IMG/VR virus record: IMGVR_UViG_3300032038_000028
Location: 32,001-96,000 of that record
Source: a virus
Lineage: Duplodnaviria; Caudoviricetes
DNA length: 64,000 nucleotides
Direction: 5' to 3' (one strand)
Part shown: positions 61,442-64,000 of the stretch, piece by piece
Position numbering within the stretch: the stretch's first letter is position 1
Layout of the letters: every line of letters starts with the position of its first letter
Made by a program: the position numbers and the translations under genes
The notes under the pieces: model-generated
What the model was told of the DNA's origin: nothing
Databases searched by the model: none
Seen by the model: only the letters and a program-made list of their open reading frames with translations

Positions 61442-61723
61442 ATGACGAGCAATCAGTTTGACATGATAGCAAGGGCGGCTGTCGCGGCAGTGTGCGTACA
61501 AAACTACGGCGAGGAGTACGATGCCAGAGACATTCAGGTGGTCTGGTTTGCTCATGTGCTGGGCAACAAGAAGACGATTATGATCGCTAACGGGCCAAAT
61601 AACCGCATCTATGAGGTGACCTATAACGCCGCGAAGGATGAGCTGTATGTAGATGCCTACAGCAAAACCAGCAACACCGTGGTGCGCGGCGCGTCAGATC
61701 TGGTGGCTGCGACGGAGGGATAA
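61442..61723 (+). CDS. DUF6275-like protein
   Basis: VVWF..VLGN.K.......YEVTYN..KDELYVDAY.K..N. Confidence 0.6.
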   Translation: MTSNQFDMIARAAVAAVCVQNYGEEYDARDIQVVWFAHVLGNKKTIMIANGPNNRIYEVTYNAAKDELYVDAYSKTSNTVVRGASDLVAATEG

Positions 61724-63560
61724 ATGAACCAGTACGCTGACATCGAGATGGGCAACCTGCTCTTCGGTCACAGCATGGGCGCGTATAAGTTCCCCGACCG
61801 TGAGATCGAAGACGGCGACGAGTGGCTGGCTCTGTTGAATGCGCTGGGGCTGGATCACTACGGGTATGCAGAGATGGACAACCCTTACGTGAACGACCGC
61901 GGCGGCTATGACGACGGCGAGATCTGTATCAACCCCTATTACTGGGGCGACGACCCGGACGAAGCCGAGAAGCCCAACTTCCTGGATCGCAGGCTTGGGC
62001 TTGAGATCAGATGGTACAAGTACCCGTTCAGGGACGCCTACATGAGCTGGAACGCAGACGCGCCGGCTATCAGGAAGTACTTCGGCGCTCTGGCGCTGGC
62101 AAAGGCCGCGAAGAATTACCGAGAGGAGTGGGGATATGAAACCTGATCAACTGGATCTGATCAACGTGCTGATGCAGGTGCCCGCCAGCATCGTCAGGAT
62201 GAGCCTGACAGCGGAGTATGTAGATGATACCGGGCCGCACACGGCGGACTGCGTATACAGCGCCAAAGACCTGCGGGGAACGTGGAATGACTTTCTGATG
62301 TCGCAGGAGGGATACTTCCGGGATTACCCGCAGCTGCTGGGCGAAGACGCGCCGATGATACCGGTGATCATCAAGCTGCCCGACATGACCTACCGTGTAC
62401 AGCTGAGAAACCTGCTGGATGTCAGCGACGACATGGCTGAGGAGCTGCAGACGCGAGGCTGCGGGCGACTGATCGAGCGCCGCGAGATCCGTCAGATGCG
62501 CAGGGATTTCCTGAACTACGTCCCGGAAGGCGACGAGTACGACGCGGTCTATACGCTGACAGATGATGGCCGCGCAGAGCTGGAGCGGCTGATGAAGGAG
62601 GACGACGAATGAAAATGAGAAAGCACAAGCGGATCGTCGGCAGGGTGATGCCGTACGACCGGGATAAGATGAAAGCGGCGCTGGCTCAGTTCGGCATCGA
62701 GATGAGCGATGAACCGATCGGCCCCTACCAGCCGTGGGAGGAAAGGATTCTCGGTGCGGTCAACGGGCTGCTGGCCAACCACCTGACTTCCGAAAAGGAA
62801 GCGATCCTGCAGACGCTGGGCCAGTACAAGGTCTTCTGCTACTGGCTGGAGAACAAGCTGCCGCAACTGATCGCCGACAATCCCGGAGCGAGCGGCAGGC
62901 TGCTGATGGCCATGGCTGCCCAGAGCTACACGATGGAGATGATGCTGTGGGCGCAGCGCCGGGATCAGGAGGCGCAGGATAATGGCCCGCTCGGAGGAAG
63001 GGAGCGGCCGGCATGGTGAGCTACACGATAGAGGTATGCGGCCTGAGGGTGGCGAAGCTGATCGCGAAGCTGAAGGCCGAGGACAAATTTTTTCTTACCC
63101 ATATCCAGGAGGACGACGGGGCACGCACGATCTTCGGAAACGGCTACCTTGTGTTTATCGTGCCGTTCAAGATCGGCGAAGAGAAAAATCGTAAGACCGG
63201 AGAGAGCGTAGTGAAGCTTGTGCAGAGCAGGCTCTGGAGCGATGACGCACAGCGGCACATGCAATGGGTGCCCCTGCCGAAGGCAGATGAGCTGAAGCCG
63301 GGGCGCGACAGGGAATACCCGGTGCGCTGCCATCTGGCGGCGACGGATATGCTGGCTGCCGAGTGGGCCGCCGAGAACATGCCGTGCGCTACCTACCCGT
63401 TTGATGTGCAGGCCAGGTACCTGAAAATGGCGCTGCAGCTGGCGAAGTTCAGCGGGCAGAAGGACACGCGCTCTGCGTTTAACCCGCTATGTCTGTGGGC
63501 GGAAGACGATGACGGCAACGTTATACAGGCGTTCATCATGCCGATGCGGGGTGACGGGGC

Positions 63561-63878
63561 GTGAATGCTATCAGAGCACAGGAGCTCGCCCCGTGGGCTA
63601 CCGGCTGGGAACCGATGCCGGACAAGAAGCCGCGGGTCAGGAAGTGCCCGGCCTGCAAGTCGCCGCCCCTGTGGCGTCACATGCTGCGATGTTACTGGAT
63701 CGTCTGCACGACATGCGGTCTGAGCACGGCGGCGTTTAAGACCATGGAGGGGGCGGCCGGCGCGTGGAACATCGGCAGCGAAGAAACCGACCGCGTACAG
63801 GGTGAGCTGGAAATCACAGAAGCAACACTGGATGGAATCATTGATCAGGTGACGGGGAGAAGCGATGAGGAAGGATAA
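63561..63878 (+). CDS. Lar-like (restriction alleviation) Zn-binding protein
   Basis: CPAC...IVCTTCG......A..AWN pattern. Confidence 0.55.
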   Translation: MNAIRAQELAPWATGWEPMPDKKPRVRKCPACKSPPLWRHMLRCYWIVCTTCGLSTAAFKTMEGAAGAWNIGSEETDRVQGELEITEATLDGIIDQVTGRSDEEG

Positions 63879-64000
63879 CGTAATCCCGATTACCGGGGAC
63901 TGGTACCTCGGGACGGATGGTATGAGCCTGCTGCTGCTGAAGCGGCAGGTGGTGTCGGCGGAGAAGGCGAAGCGCAAGGAGAACGTCGGCAGGGAGAACT

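Larger units (their letters stand above)
60064..63564 (+). other. Rightward small hypothetical genes
   Basis: Coupled ORFs, e.g. 60171-60392, 60380-60742, 60735-60983, 61218-61445, 61724-62146, 62136-62612, 62609-63019, 63013-63564. Confidence 0.7.

Overview
This window is part of a large temperate tailed phage, with no host chromosomal genes. Strong GAAAGGAG/GGAGG Shine-Dalgarno sites and TG-extended sigma-A promoters suggest a Bacillota/Clostridia-type host. From left to right: (1) the end of a tail module, comprising a 5'-truncated tape-measure gene and two tail-tip genes (+); (2) an integration module with a tyrosine integrase and the 3' half of tRNA-Val(GAC) as probable attP; (3) a small type I toxin-like ORF; (4) a long leftward block of nucleotide-metabolism, replication and recombination genes (dut, HPr-like, ArgR-like, HNH, nrdG, nrdD, glutaredoxin, thyX, dnaE, primase-helicase, PD-(D/E)XK nuclease, ssb, ERF, ParB-like); (5) about 50 small leftward hypothetical genes; (6) a compositionally odd divergence region at 48.5-50.7 kb; (7) a second tyrosine recombinase, an origin-like repeat block and a rightward array of small Zn-ribbon and DUF551-like genes. 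The most interesting signals are non-coding. Two type II hammerhead ribozymes bracket a 1.5-kb four-gene cassette whose genes are joined by a start-associated repeat. ARG-box-like operators occur at attP and other control points, in a phage whose ArgR homologue lacks the arginine-binding Asp-Asp motif. Three tRNA-Leu-like shells carry large inserts, and one of them has tmRNA-like architecture. A four-copy ~80-bp repeat is arranged as two inverted pairs near the two recombinases. Three promoters are followed immediately by terminators, and two of them share an upstream 20-bp palindrome. All calls come from reading motifs by eye; no database search was run.
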